Source: a virus
Taxonomy: Duplodnaviria > Caudoviricetes
IMG/VR virus record: IMGVR_UViG_3300031992_000033
Location: 1-64,000 of that record
Strand: one strand, 5' to 3'
Length of the DNA: 64,000 nucleotides
The notes below the pieces were generated by a model. It saw only the letters and a list, made by a program, of their open reading frames with translations. It ran no database searches and was not told the origin of the DNA. Of the stretch, positions 21,701-28,357 are shown piece after piece (the first letter of the stretch is position 1; every line of letters starts with the position of its first letter). The position numbers and the translations under genes are program-made.

Positions 21701-22053
21701 TTATAATAATAGTGATTATCTTTACGATTAAAAGACCTCGACGACAACTTATTTAATTCTAATACGCCATCATAATTTTTCGCAATAACAATAACGTGAC
21801 AGTTATCCTTGATCTTTTCTTCAAGGGTTTCTGTCACATAAAATTCTTCGGCGTGAATATACTTCATTCCCGCCGCTTCAATATGTTCTTTCTTTTTTAC
21901 CCATCCCATTACTGAGCCGTGTTCAGATATTGCAAGAGCCTTCATGCCACATTCTTTGGCACGATCTATATACTGGTCAAATTTAGTAACAGAATCAACG
22001 GATGTTACGCAAGTGCTAATATCTGAGTGGCAATGATAAATTGTATAGTTCAT
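18706..22053 (-). CDS. dnaE: DNA polymerase III alpha subunit (family C)
   Basis: PHP domain (HCHS, SEHG, GTDTH), GRGSVNGS, FERFMN.ER.SLSDIDTDF, KLDLL, FSLNHS. Confidence 0.95.
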   Translation of the reverse strand: MNYTIYHCHSDISTCVTSVDSVTKFDQYIDRAKECGMKALAISEHGSVMGWVKKKEHIEAAGMKYIHAEEFYVTETLEEKIKDNCHVIVIAKNYDGVLELNKLSSRSFNRKDNHYYYNPRISMEELEQTSDNLIITSACLASPLSKGNDNFKKRFLNFFIANKDRCYFEIQHHNVQEQIEYNQYLYKMSKECGIPLIAGTDTHSLNAEHAEARLVLQRAKNIRFSDEEEWDLVFKTYDELVAAYEKQNSLPMDVVLQAIENTNAMADRIEEFTLDRSYKYPHLWDNPKATFIQKIKEGIKRRGVDKFPNRDEYADRVKYELKAYEHNGAIDFMLLMEDICTWCRENNIQIGYGRGSVNGSICAWLLGITEMDSIKHKLNFERFMNVERVSLSDIDTDFPPNRIDEVKDYVFNHHGLYCSDIITFNTIADKGAIRDVVRGLYRVEDLRTILSPKMQKKYDEYMERIEGHDGRDMDVSMPADLQDAIDKAGGNYMKITDEVLALFEKSEEKARQKYPEVFKYVDICKGVIVSMGNHPCGMIVSPYSLDDRIGICTTSTDPFPVSQIYMKEIDGLNYVKLDLLKLDTIQVISDTCRAAGIDMLYPDNMDITDVDVWNSIRDDTVGIFQWEGSTGDRYIKKLLADENIKKFKEIDENVDRMMLLTIGNSAIRPAGASYRDDLANGVVRKSGNDAIDEFLKPTFGYLVFQCQIIEFLNQYCGFTMGEADVVRRMFAKKTGTEGAIPVIRDGGYLNGNTSHYIDGFVVTMGKKYGMSKEEAEQAITAFLQVIIDASDYLFSLNHSEPYSYEGYACGWLRYYYPLQFLTCSLNINKDNVEKTQALTQYAAKQDIPIHNPKFRHSLGDYSFSLEEGAIYKGISSITYMSEKVSQELYNLRDHQYEDFIDVLEDITANTSADTRQVKILIYLNYFSEFGDINDLIDIETKWEKFRKRKTIKRESKEEAELGLTASMIAAYSEKVTEKQYSGVNIIGILKYWTTKREHIPTSPFEKMDYEREYLGYVNTVIPDAKPQYYYVCDVEGYNNNILTLYQICDGTSTKIKIDKHYNIEKGDVFKVDEYTESPKWRKIGEDPKTHKPKFEKTGETETIISKITPVTRHKT

Positions 22054-22063
22054 ATTACTCTCC

Positions 22064-22106
22064 TTGTCTTACGCACAAGACAGGATGCGTCTTGTGCGTA
22101 AGACAA
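22064..22106. repeat. Perfect 18-bp inverted repeat between the dnaE promoter and RBS
   Basis: TTGTCTTACGCACAAGAC-aggatgc-GTCTTGTGCGTAAGACAA. Confidence 0.9.
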
Positions 22107-22134
22107 TTATATCATATATCTTTCTCTATGTCAA
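22106..22134 (-). promoter_or_regulatory. sigmaA-type promoter of dnaE
   Basis: TTGACA-17-TATAAT with TG extension. Confidence 0.8.
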
Positions 22135-22279
22135 TTAGTTTTCTTTTTAATTTCGCCCTTCTCTGTCTTCGCTCTTTCTTCTTCCACTCGTCCCATCCTT
22201 CAGGATGATTGTGAGAAGAACAGCAACGTTTTTTAATGAATCGATCAAGAAAAGTTTCCTTCTTAGTTGTTCTCTCCAT
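22112..22279 (-). CDS. Small basic hypothetical protein (55 aa, not in ORF track)
   Basis: MERTTKKETFLDRFIKKRCC...KRKLIDIEKDI*. Confidence 0.45.
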   Translation of the reverse strand: MERTTKKETFLDRFIKKRCCSSHNHPEGWDEWKKKERRQRRAKLKRKLIDIEKDI

Positions 22280-22457
22280 TTAATTCCGCCAATCTTTTAT
22301 TAACGATATCTTCAATCGATACGAAATTTTCTACAGGCTCAGAACGAGGAATGCTGAGTGAATATGCCATGCCGTCCTGATCATAAAAAGACACCTTGAT
22401 ATCGTGTATTCCTTTAACTTTGTTACTATCTGTATAAAATGTTATAACGTGCTTCAT
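22263..22457 (-). CDS. Hypothetical protein
   Basis: 64 aa, ATGA overlap, GGAGG RBS. Confidence 0.55.
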   Translation of the reverse strand: MKHVITFYTDSNKVKGIHDIKVSFYDQDGMAYSLSIPRSEPVENFVSIEDIVNKRLAELNGENN

Positions 22458-23086
22458 TCTTCCTCCGTAATCTCCTTCATGTAAGGGAGTCCTTTAAGAA
22501 CATCTACAAACTGATTCCACTCTATCATCTTATGTCCAGTGCGCTGACGAATCATATTAATCGCGTTCTCATAATTCATTGTCACAGTGGCTCTAAGATT
22601 ATATCCCATAGGAAGAAGATCGATAATGGCTCTCCAGTATTTCTTTTCCTGAGTTTCATTGAAAAGATTTCTAAGTCTTTCAAGTTCTTCTAGTACAATG
22701 TCGAATACCTCTTTAGTTCTTCCGCCAACTTCATCTATTCCTTCAGTAGAAAAATCGTCAGGTGTAAATTCCTTTACGTGAATGCGGTGCATCTTAGAAC
22801 AAGAATCACGGGTTACGTTAATTTTATAAGTATCAAATTCAGCCCACCATGTTTGATTACATGTAATGTCCATGCTAATAAATATCTGGCGAAGATATTT
22901 GCGATGTTCTGATCCGCCCTTATAAAGTTTTTTCATTAATGCAAGGTCGGCATTGCCTATCTCAAATCGGCTTGGGTTATCCGAATCAAACCAACTATCA
23001 CTCTTATCCCAACTGTTCATAGGGTTGCGAAGCCCTCGGATTGCTCCTTTAAAATTAAATACTTCAACATGTTCTATTCTTATCAT
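22454..23086 (-). CDS. Divergent ThyX-like (flavin-dependent thymidylate synthase fold) protein
   Basis: AIRG.RNP.NSW..SDS, EH.K.LRQI, S.S.MH, LLP.GYN, NYE....RQR..H...EW..F match a phage ThyX-like family; canonical RHRx7S motif absent. Confidence 0.65.
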   Translation of the reverse strand: MIRIEHVEVFNFKGAIRGLRNPMNSWDKSDSWFDSDNPSRFEIGNADLALMKKLYKGGSEHRKYLRQIFISMDITCNQTWWAEFDTYKINVTRDSCSKMHRIHVKEFTPDDFSTEGIDEVGGRTKEVFDIVLEELERLRNLFNETQEKKYWRAIIDLLPMGYNLRATVTMNYENAINMIRQRTGHKMIEWNQFVDVLKGLPYMKEITEEE

Positions 23087-23672
23087 ACTTCTTCACCTCA
23101 AACCTCCCATACTGATTACCAATAAATTTTTGCAAACCATTTTCATATGAATGCAATGTATTATCACTGTAAGTACACCACTCTAAATTCTCCACTCTGT
23201 TATCATTTTTAACACCATTCTTATGGTTAACACATGGTAAATCATTTGGATTTGGAATAAAGCACTTTGCCATAACTCTATGTGACTGCTCTGTACTATT
23301 ATCGCCTGTGTTTATCCACAAATAATCATTGTTATCTGTTCTTTGTTTCATTATTGTACAATTTCGAATGGTAATAAACTGTCCTGTTGGAAAAACTAAT
23401 ATACCTTTATATAATACAGCATTATCTAATTTCAAGTTATTAACTTGACAACATTCTTTTATCTTTCGAATTTTTCTATAACTTAATTCCAAAATGGCAT
23501 CAAATTCTGTTGCAACTGTTATATAAGGTTTTGAATGTAACTCATATCCATATTTGTTTTTATGATAACCTTTGTCCTGATAATGATTAAATAGATGTTT
23601 TAGTAATTCTAATTCCATGCCTCTGATAGCATGTTTAAATCCCCATACATCGACTTCTTCAATTTTAATCAT
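23064..23672 (-). CDS. HNH homing endonuclease with a ThyX-like N-terminal 19 aa
   Basis: HRVMAKCFIPNPNDLPCVNHKNGVKNDNRVENLEWCTYSDNTLH (HNH_3 motif). Confidence 0.9.
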   Translation of the reverse strand: MIKIEEVDVWGFKHAIRGMELELLKHLFNHYQDKGYHKNKYGYELHSKPYITVATEFDAILELSYRKIRKIKECCQVNNLKLDNAVLYKGILVFPTGQFITIRNCTIMKQRTDNNDYLWINTGDNSTEQSHRVMAKCFIPNPNDLPCVNHKNGVKNDNRVENLEWCTYSDNTLHSYENGLQKFIGNQYGRFEVKKYDKNRTC

Positions 23673-23838
23673 TAACCTTTTCCTCTTCCCTATTGTGCAT
23701 CTTTCTAAATATATCGCTCATAGTCTCGCTAACATTGTGATAACCATTGCGCCTAATTATCTGATTACGAATTACAGTGCGTGCCCACTTTCTATTATAT
23801 ACGGGTGTGGGATTGTAGTCTGTCCTGTTCTTAGTCAT
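23665..23838 (-). CDS. Small hypothetical protein (57 aa, not in ORF track)
   Basis: MTKNRTDYNPTP...; AGGAGG RBS, TAATG coupling. Confidence 0.5.
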   Translation of the reverse strand: MTKNRTDYNPTPVYNRKWARTVIRNQIIRRNGYHNVSETMSDIFRKMHNREEEKVND

Positions 23839-23984
23839 TATTCTTCCTCCTTCTCGCCCTTGATTCGCTTAAACATCTTTCTTGCACGAATCTTCTGGAC
23901 GTTTGCAGCAAAAAATCTACCAAAATTTTCATGCTGCCTATACGATCTAGAACTCCTCTGCTTATGCTTGTTTGCTGTTGCCAT
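23838..23984 (-). CDS. Small basic protein (48 aa, not in ORF track)
   Basis: MATANKHKQRSSRSYRQH...; AGGAGG RBS. Confidence 0.5.
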   Translation of the reverse strand: MATANKHKQRSSRSYRQHENFGRFFAANVQKIRARKMFKRIKGEKEEE

Positions 23985-24019
23985 AATTATCCCTCCTAAA
24001 CTTGTTTATATAATATTAC

Positions 24020-24193
24020 TTAAAGAAGTTTTAAACACTTCAAAGCATATTCAACTCCGCGCCAATAATCATCATCGAAATGATACGCTTTGTATTCACT
24101 AAGCAAAGATAATGCTTGCTCTTCCAACGTGCGCTCATGATCTGATACGCAAGGAAATATTTCTTCAACTTTTTTCACTTCCCATTTATTCAT
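24020..24193 (-). CDS. Small hypothetical protein (57 aa, not in ORF track)
   Basis: MNKWEVKKVEEIFPC...YALKCLKLL*. Confidence 0.4.
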   Translation of the reverse strand: MNKWEVKKVEEIFPCVSDHERTLEEQALSLLSEYKAYHFDDDYWRGVEYALKCLKLL

Positions 24194-24221
24194 TTCGTCT
24201 CTATCCTCATGAATTGTGTGC

Positions 24222-24371
24222 TTACCGCATTTCCATCCTCATGAATTGTGTTAGCCAATTTGGTACTGCTCCAACTGTTGCATCATAATACTTACCACTT
24301 AATGTATATACGCCATATATAAGTAATATAATCAATGTAATGCGAATAAAACAACTAATTGTCTTCCTCAT
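24222..24371 (-). CDS. Small membrane protein
   Basis: GAGGAGG RBS before MRKTISCF; one TM helix. Confidence 0.5.
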   Translation of the reverse strand: MRKTISCFIRITLIILLIYGVYTLSGKYYDATVGAVPNWLTQFMRMEMR

Positions 24372-24534
24372 CTGATTCCTCCTCGTCAAGAGGTACTCGG
24401 TATTCAATTTCAGCATGACAATGTCCACATACACAGATCTGGACTATACCCTCCCCTTCATATCCGAAGTCCTCAAAACTAAAATCATTTTGCCAGACTA
24501 CTGCTCTGTGTCCACAATGAAAACATTCATACAT
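24355..24534 (-). CDS. Small Zn-finger protein
   Basis: CFHCG...C.CGHC; RBS-supported start MYECF. Confidence 0.6.
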   Translation of the reverse strand: MYECFHCGHRAVVWQNDFSFEDFGYEGEGIVQICVCGHCHAEIEYRVPLDEEESDEEDN

Positions 24535-24739
24535 CTTTCTCTTCCTCCGTTTTGTCAACTTCTATAAAATCTTCACAATCCTCAACGACGGACTTAATGG
24601 GTATCAATGCGGTGGTAAAAACATTATTTTTCATTTGTATTCCCTGTGGGGTTTGTATTGGAATATTTATTTGAAACCCCACAGTTGGTGGTGGTATTAG
24701 ACCATCAGGTAGATTAAAGATTGCTTTGTAATATTTCAC
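24527..24739 (-). CDS. Hypothetical protein
   Basis: GTG start after AAGGAG. Confidence 0.55.
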   Translation of the reverse strand: MKYYKAIFNLPDGLIPPPTVGFQINIPIQTPQGIQMKNNVFTTALIPIKSVVEDCEDFIEVDKTEEEKDV

Positions 24740-24750
24740 TCTTCTTCTCC

Positions 24751-25935
24751 TTAATGCGCCTTGAAGTTATATATAGGTCTGATATTGTCAACAATGTCTA
24801 CAGTGTCCTGTATATTCTTAACAATTTCGTCCATAGGCTTATAGACCGCGGGTGCTTCGTCAATAGTAGACTCTACAACTGAAGTGGAATAAATGCCTTG
24901 CATAGATTCCTTGAAGTCTTCGAGAGACAAAGCGTCCTTTGCGGCAGACCTAGAGAGTATTCTTCCCGCACCATGAGGCGCAGAATAATTCCAGTCAGGA
25001 TTACCCTTGCCAATACAAATAAGAGATCCGTCGCGCATATTCATAGGGATGATAACCCTCTCTCCTTTACGTGCTGAGATAGAACCCTTACGTAAAATCA
25101 TATCGTCCATATTTATGTAGTTGTGGATTGTATCGAAAGACTCAACCTCTGTGAGATTGGTAGCCTCAAGAATAATGTTGGCAATTGTTCTACGATTAAG
25201 TTTAGCATAATCTTGAGCAATTGACATATCGTGAATGTACTCTGTGAAAGTGTCTCCTTCTATATAGCAGAGATCATCGGGGATCGATTGTTTCTGCATC
25301 TTAAGAATCTTTATAGTGTTTTCAATATCTCTTTCCTTGCCCTCGGCTTTTAGACGCTTAATGGTAGCATCAATTTTTGCTCCAATTTCGTTGTTACGAA
25401 GAGCATTGATACCAGCCCTCTGATAATGTTTACATACCTCAATTCCAAGATGACGAGAGCCAGTATGAATTACTAGCCAATAGTTCCCATTAACATCCTT
25501 ATCTACTTCAATGAAGTGGTTGCCGCCACCGAGTGACCCAATAGATTTATCGGCATGATCTATGTCTATAGGTGCAATAATATCCTTAAGTGGTTCATAT
25601 TTGACAATCGCTCGCTCGTGAATTGAAAATCCAGAAGGGACTTTTTCGTTGATTATGGTGTCAAGTTTTTTTAAATCAACATTGCCGTCAAGTCTTACAG
25701 CCAACATTCCGCATCCAATATCAACGCCGACTAGATTAGGAACAACCTTATCTCTAAGTTGGATTGTTGTACCAACAACACATCCAGCCCCAGCGTGACA
25801 GTCGGGCATAATTCTAGTCTGACAGTCCTCCATATAAGGCATATTCATTAACTGGATAACCTGAGAAATTGTTTCTGAATCAATGTTGTCAGTAAACACT
25901 TTAGCCGTATTATATTTTCCTGTTAACTCTAACAT
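24751..25935 (-). CDS. rtcB: RtcB RNA ligase (2',3'-cyclic/3'-phosphate to 5'-OH)
   Basis: MPDCHAG, GVDIGCG, SLGGGNHFIE, HTGSR, HNY, RKG, SAPHGAGR, DEAPAVYK. Confidence 0.97.
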   Translation of the reverse strand: MLELTGKYNTAKVFTDNIDSETISQVIQLMNMPYMEDCQTRIMPDCHAGAGCVVGTTIQLRDKVVPNLVGVDIGCGMLAVRLDGNVDLKKLDTIINEKVPSGFSIHERAIVKYEPLKDIIAPIDIDHADKSIGSLGGGNHFIEVDKDVNGNYWLVIHTGSRHLGIEVCKHYQRAGINALRNNEIGAKIDATIKRLKAEGKERDIENTIKILKMQKQSIPDDLCYIEGDTFTEYIHDMSIAQDYAKLNRRTIANIILEATNLTEVESFDTIHNYINMDDMILRKGSISARKGERVIIPMNMRDGSLICIGKGNPDWNYSAPHGAGRILSRSAAKDALSLEDFKESMQGIYSTSVVESTIDEAPAVYKPMDEIVKNIQDTVDIVDNIRPIYNFKAH

Positions 25936-25967
25936 ATTTTCCCCTTTATTCTTTTATAATACCATAG

Positions 25968-26041
25968 TCGGAATAGCGGGATTTGAACCCACAACCTCGT
26001 GCACCCAAGGCACGCCGTCTGCCAAATTGACGTATATTCCG
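25968..26041 (-). tRNA. tRNA-Pro(TGG)
   Basis: Cloverleaf; CGTGC-CT TGG GT-GCACG; GGTTCAAATCC; no encoded CCA. Confidence 0.92.
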
Positions 26042-26045
26042 ATAA

Positions 26046-26117
26046 CGAGACTGGGGGACTCGAACCCCTATCTGCGATTTTGGAGATCGCCATGCTATCC
26101 AATTACACCATCATCCC
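26046..26117 (-). tRNA. tRNA-Trp(CCA), imperfect acceptor stem
   Basis: GCGAT-CT CCA AA-ATCGC; T loop TTCGAGT; acceptor stem needs a bulge. Confidence 0.75.
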
Positions 26118-26121
26118 ATAG

Positions 26122-26194
26122 TGAGACATGAGGGACTTGAACCCTCGACATCGCGATTAAAAGTCGCGTGCTCTACCAACTGAGCCAATGTCTC
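26122..26194 (-). tRNA. tRNA-Lys(TTT)
   Basis: GAGACAT/ATGTCTC acceptor; CGCGA-CT TTT AA-TCGCG. Confidence 0.95.
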
Positions 26195-26205
26195 AAAAAT
26201 AAGTC

Positions 26206-26352
26206 TAATGCGGGTGAGGACTCGAACCTCACACGAGCCGATATCTGCTCAGATTAGTGGGATTTGAACCGCTTTGCCCCTTACTGCCATCAGTCTTTAA
26301 CTACGGGGTTTTCCTAACATTTCTCTGCGTATACCATTTTCGCCACCGCATT
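26206..26352 (-). ncRNA. tRNA-Leu-like RNA with anticodon arm replaced by a ~70-nt insert (copy 1)
   Basis: AATGCGG/CCGCATT acceptor, TGGCGAAAATGGTATACGC D arm, GAGC..GCTC variable arm, GTGAGGTTCGAGTCCTCAC T arm. Confidence 0.7.
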
Positions 26353-26413
26353 AGTAAGACTTGTTGTTATTGGTGTCTTACAACCTCAATTTCATATTAT
26401 GGGCTTTTCCCAA

Positions 26414-26485
26414 CAGGGGATATAGGAATCGAACCTATCTCTCTTGAGTCAAAGTCAAGCGTACTAACCGATGTACTAATCCCCT
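26414..26485 (-). tRNA. tRNA-Gln(TTG)
   Basis: AGGGGAT/ATCCCCT; CTTGA-CT TTG AC-TCAAG. Confidence 0.92.
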
Positions 26486-26494
26486 ATAATATTT

Positions 26495-26642
26495 ATCCGT
26501 GAGAGGGATTCGAACCCCACACGAGCGACCTAGCCAACCATAAAACCTCGCTCCCACTTGTCCTGTTGTATCTTATATGATCAACAGTTTATACTCACAT
26601 AAGAAATGGTTGATGTGCGTCTGCCAATTCCGCCATCACGGA
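26495..26642 (-). ncRNA. tRNA-Leu-like RNA with anticodon arm replaced by a ~60-nt insert (copy 2)
   Basis: TCCGTGA/TCACGGA acceptor, TGGCGGAATTGGCAGACGC D arm, GAGCGA..TCGCTC arm, GGGGTTCGAATCCCTC T arm. Confidence 0.7.
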
Positions 26643-26645
26643 TAA

Positions 26646-26720
26646 AGGCGGGAGTAGGACTCGAACCTACATTCTCTTGGTCATGAGCCAAGTGAGCATC
26701 CATTTGCTCGTCACCCCGCT
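26646..26720 (-). tRNA. tRNA-Met(CAT), initiator-like (1:72 mismatch)
   Basis: AGCGGGG/TCCCGCC; CTTGG-CT CAT GA-CCAAG; 2 extra nt before the D stem. Confidence 0.8.
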
Positions 26721-26940
26721 ATAATAAAATAAGCAGCAGCCGTTGTGTTCATTCACTTCTACTACTGCGCCCCAAACGTGTGAGTTTATTAATCACGTCA
26801 GGGTTTAGGACGAATAGAGAAACTCAAACTCTATCCCACCGAGGTATACATCCCTCGTTCCACCGATACTATCCTTGGATTATCCAAACGCTCTGGGCTT
26901 AATAGCCTATTTATACTCGCCCAGACGAGTTATTTTAACT

Positions 26941-27054
26941 AACAGCCGAGGTACTGCCCCTCTATTTTTGTATTACCTACTAACATTAACTTATCCTAGG
27001 TTGCTAATGCCTTCAGACTTTCTATAAGAAAGTTCCATCTTATACTGGACTGTC
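26941..27054 (-). ncRNA. tRNA-like structured RNA with variant T loop (GGCAGTA)
   Basis: GACAGTC/GGCTGTT terminal stem, GAGG-GGCAGTA-CCTC arm, two internal hairpins; 5' end adjacent to a promoter. Confidence 0.5.
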
Positions 27055-27057
27055 TTT

Positions 27058-27086
27058 ATATTATCACACTTTTACTATTTTATCAA
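27058..27086 (-). promoter_or_regulatory. sigmaA-type promoter inside the tRNA array
   Basis: TTGATA-17-TAATAT with TG extension. Confidence 0.6.
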
Positions 27087-27094
27087 GAGGGAAA

Positions 27095-27167
27095 TGACCG
27101 CGGAGGGGATCGAACCCTCGACAACTTGATTAAAAGTCAAGTACTCTACCAACTGAGTTACGCAGTC
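27095..27167 (-). tRNA. tRNA-Lys(TTT), second copy
   Basis: GACTGCG/CGCGGTC; CTTGA-CT TTT AA-TCAAG. Confidence 0.95.
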
Positions 27168-27193
27168 TGATATTATTTATTCCTCTCCCGCAA

Positions 27194-27264
27194 TTGGAAT
27201 AGTGGGACTCGAACCCTACTCTTCCCTCTAATCTGAGGGCGTGCTGCTGTTACACTATATTCCT
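27194..27264 (-). ncRNA. tRNA-like RNA / pseudo-tRNA with a 6-nt anticodon loop
   Basis: Acceptor, D and T arms present; CCCTC-AGATTA-GAGGG; D loop AACAGCA lacks GG. Confidence 0.6.
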
Positions 27265-27388
27265 AACGAATTATTAGCCCCTTTGCCACGAGTCTCTTGT
27301 GTACATCAAGATTTTTTAATTTGCTAATAAACTCATTTGTGGTTATCTTTCTAATAATCCGTCAGCATCGCTTGCAATCAATGCTGAG

Positions 27389-27472
27389 TGCTACCAGCGA
27401 GACTTGAACTCGCAAGGGATTGCTCCCGTTCGCTCTTAAGGCGAGTGTGTATACCAATTTCACCATGGTAGC
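27389..27472 (-). tRNA. tRNA-Leu(TAA)
   Basis: GCTACCA/TGGTAGC; TCGC-CT TAA GA-GCGA; long variable arm. Confidence 0.92.
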
Positions 27473-27548
27473 AAAATCTATTTACACATAGCACATAGCC
27501 CTCATCAGATACTAGATATTCATCAGATAAAAAACTTGGTTTTAACAT
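27473..27548 (-). pseudogene. 5' remnant of a NUMOD4-type (HNH) endonuclease gene
   Basis: GGAGG RBS + MLKPSFLSDEYLVSDEGYV (NUMOD4-like YxVSxxGxV); frame runs into tRNA-Leu. Confidence 0.4.
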
Positions 27549-27569
27549 ATGTTCCTCCGTTTTTATAAA

Positions 27570-27639
27570 TGCCCTCCAACAGATTTGAACTGAAATCTTA
27601 GGAATAAATTCCTACATCCGACCATTAGACGAAAAGGGC
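27570..27639 (-). ncRNA. Glu-like pseudo-tRNA without a valid anticodon loop
   Basis: GCCCTTT/GGAGGGC, GTCTAATGGTCGGAT D arm, TAGGA-ATTTAT-TCCTA 6-nt loop, GTTCAAATC T loop. Confidence 0.6.
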
Positions 27640-27780
27640 ATGGGCAGTTCCGATAAAGAAGATATTAAATCCAGTCTCATTACGTTCTCACCGCTGGTTG
27701 TGAGCAACTTTTCTCGGCATTTTCATTCTTTCTGAGGCGTTCTGCTTACTCTCAGATCAGTTTGGTGCTACCAAACACCG

Positions 27781-27852
27781 TGACTTGGACGGGACTCGAA
27801 CCCATGTCTCTGCCGTGAGAGGGCAGCATCTTAGCCTCTTGACTACCAAGCC
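27781..27852 (-). tRNA. tRNA-Glu(CTC)
   Basis: GGCTTGG/CCAAGTC; CTGCC-CT CTC AC-GGCAG. Confidence 0.92.
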
Positions 27853-28014
27853 GATAGGAATTTTCCATATGACAAAGATTCCTGAACTTTACCATATGAG
27901 TCAGAGTTCTCTATTAACTCTGCCGCTCTCTAAAGCACCACCATAGCCTTTTCATAGTCCTCGGTTTTAGTACGAGACGGGAATTGAGAGGTGGCAAGAA
28001 ACCCTTACTTCGAG

Positions 28015-28102
28015 TGATCTAGGAAGGAATCGAACCTCCACTAGCGATAAGACCTAACGCCGTTCTACGCGCTTAAAATATCTTCCATTAAACTACTAGA
28101 CC
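28015..28102 (-). ncRNA. tRNA-like RNA with expanded D loop and degenerate anticodon arm
   Basis: GGTCTAG/CTAGATC acceptor, GGAGGTTCGATTCCTTC T arm, ~24-nt D loop, loop AG GTC TT. Confidence 0.55.
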
Positions 28103-28111
28103 AATGAACGG

Positions 28112-28251
28112 GTGGCAACCTTTATCGTCTACCATAGTACTCATGATCTCCGAATGGGAATCGTTCTATCCCCAAGACATTTCAACCCCAAAGAAATATC
28201 CAAAAGTAAGTGTATCTCGCTCTTCTTCTGCGCCCATTCTTTTGTTGCCAC
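28112..28251 (-). ncRNA. Candidate rod-shaped structured ncRNA
   Basis: Nested helices GTGGCAAC/GTTGCCAC, GAATGGG/CCCATTC, GGATATTTC/GAAATGTCT. Confidence 0.45.
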
Positions 28252-28274
28252 AAGGTATCTGGGAATCACCTAAG

Positions 28275-28357
28275 TGGGCAGAGTTGGACTCGAACCAACG
28301 TTGTTTCTAGTGTGGTGGATTTACAGTCCACTGCAATCGCCGCTATGCTATCTACCC
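28275..28357 (-). tRNA. tRNA-Tyr(GTA)
   Basis: GGGTAGA/TCTGCCC; GTGGA-CT GTA AA-TCCAC; long variable region. Confidence 0.9.

Noticed and set aside
26206-26642. Group I introns in tRNA-Leu, or tmRNA
   Set aside because: Inserts of 60-70 nt are too short, have no P/Q/R/S core or tag ORF, and no canonical anticodon can be rebuilt
27570-27639. Possible ochre (TTA) suppressor tRNA or stop-codon recoding
   Set aside because: Placing TTA in a 7-nt loop breaks the anticodon stem; long genes read normally in code 11 with all three stop codons in use
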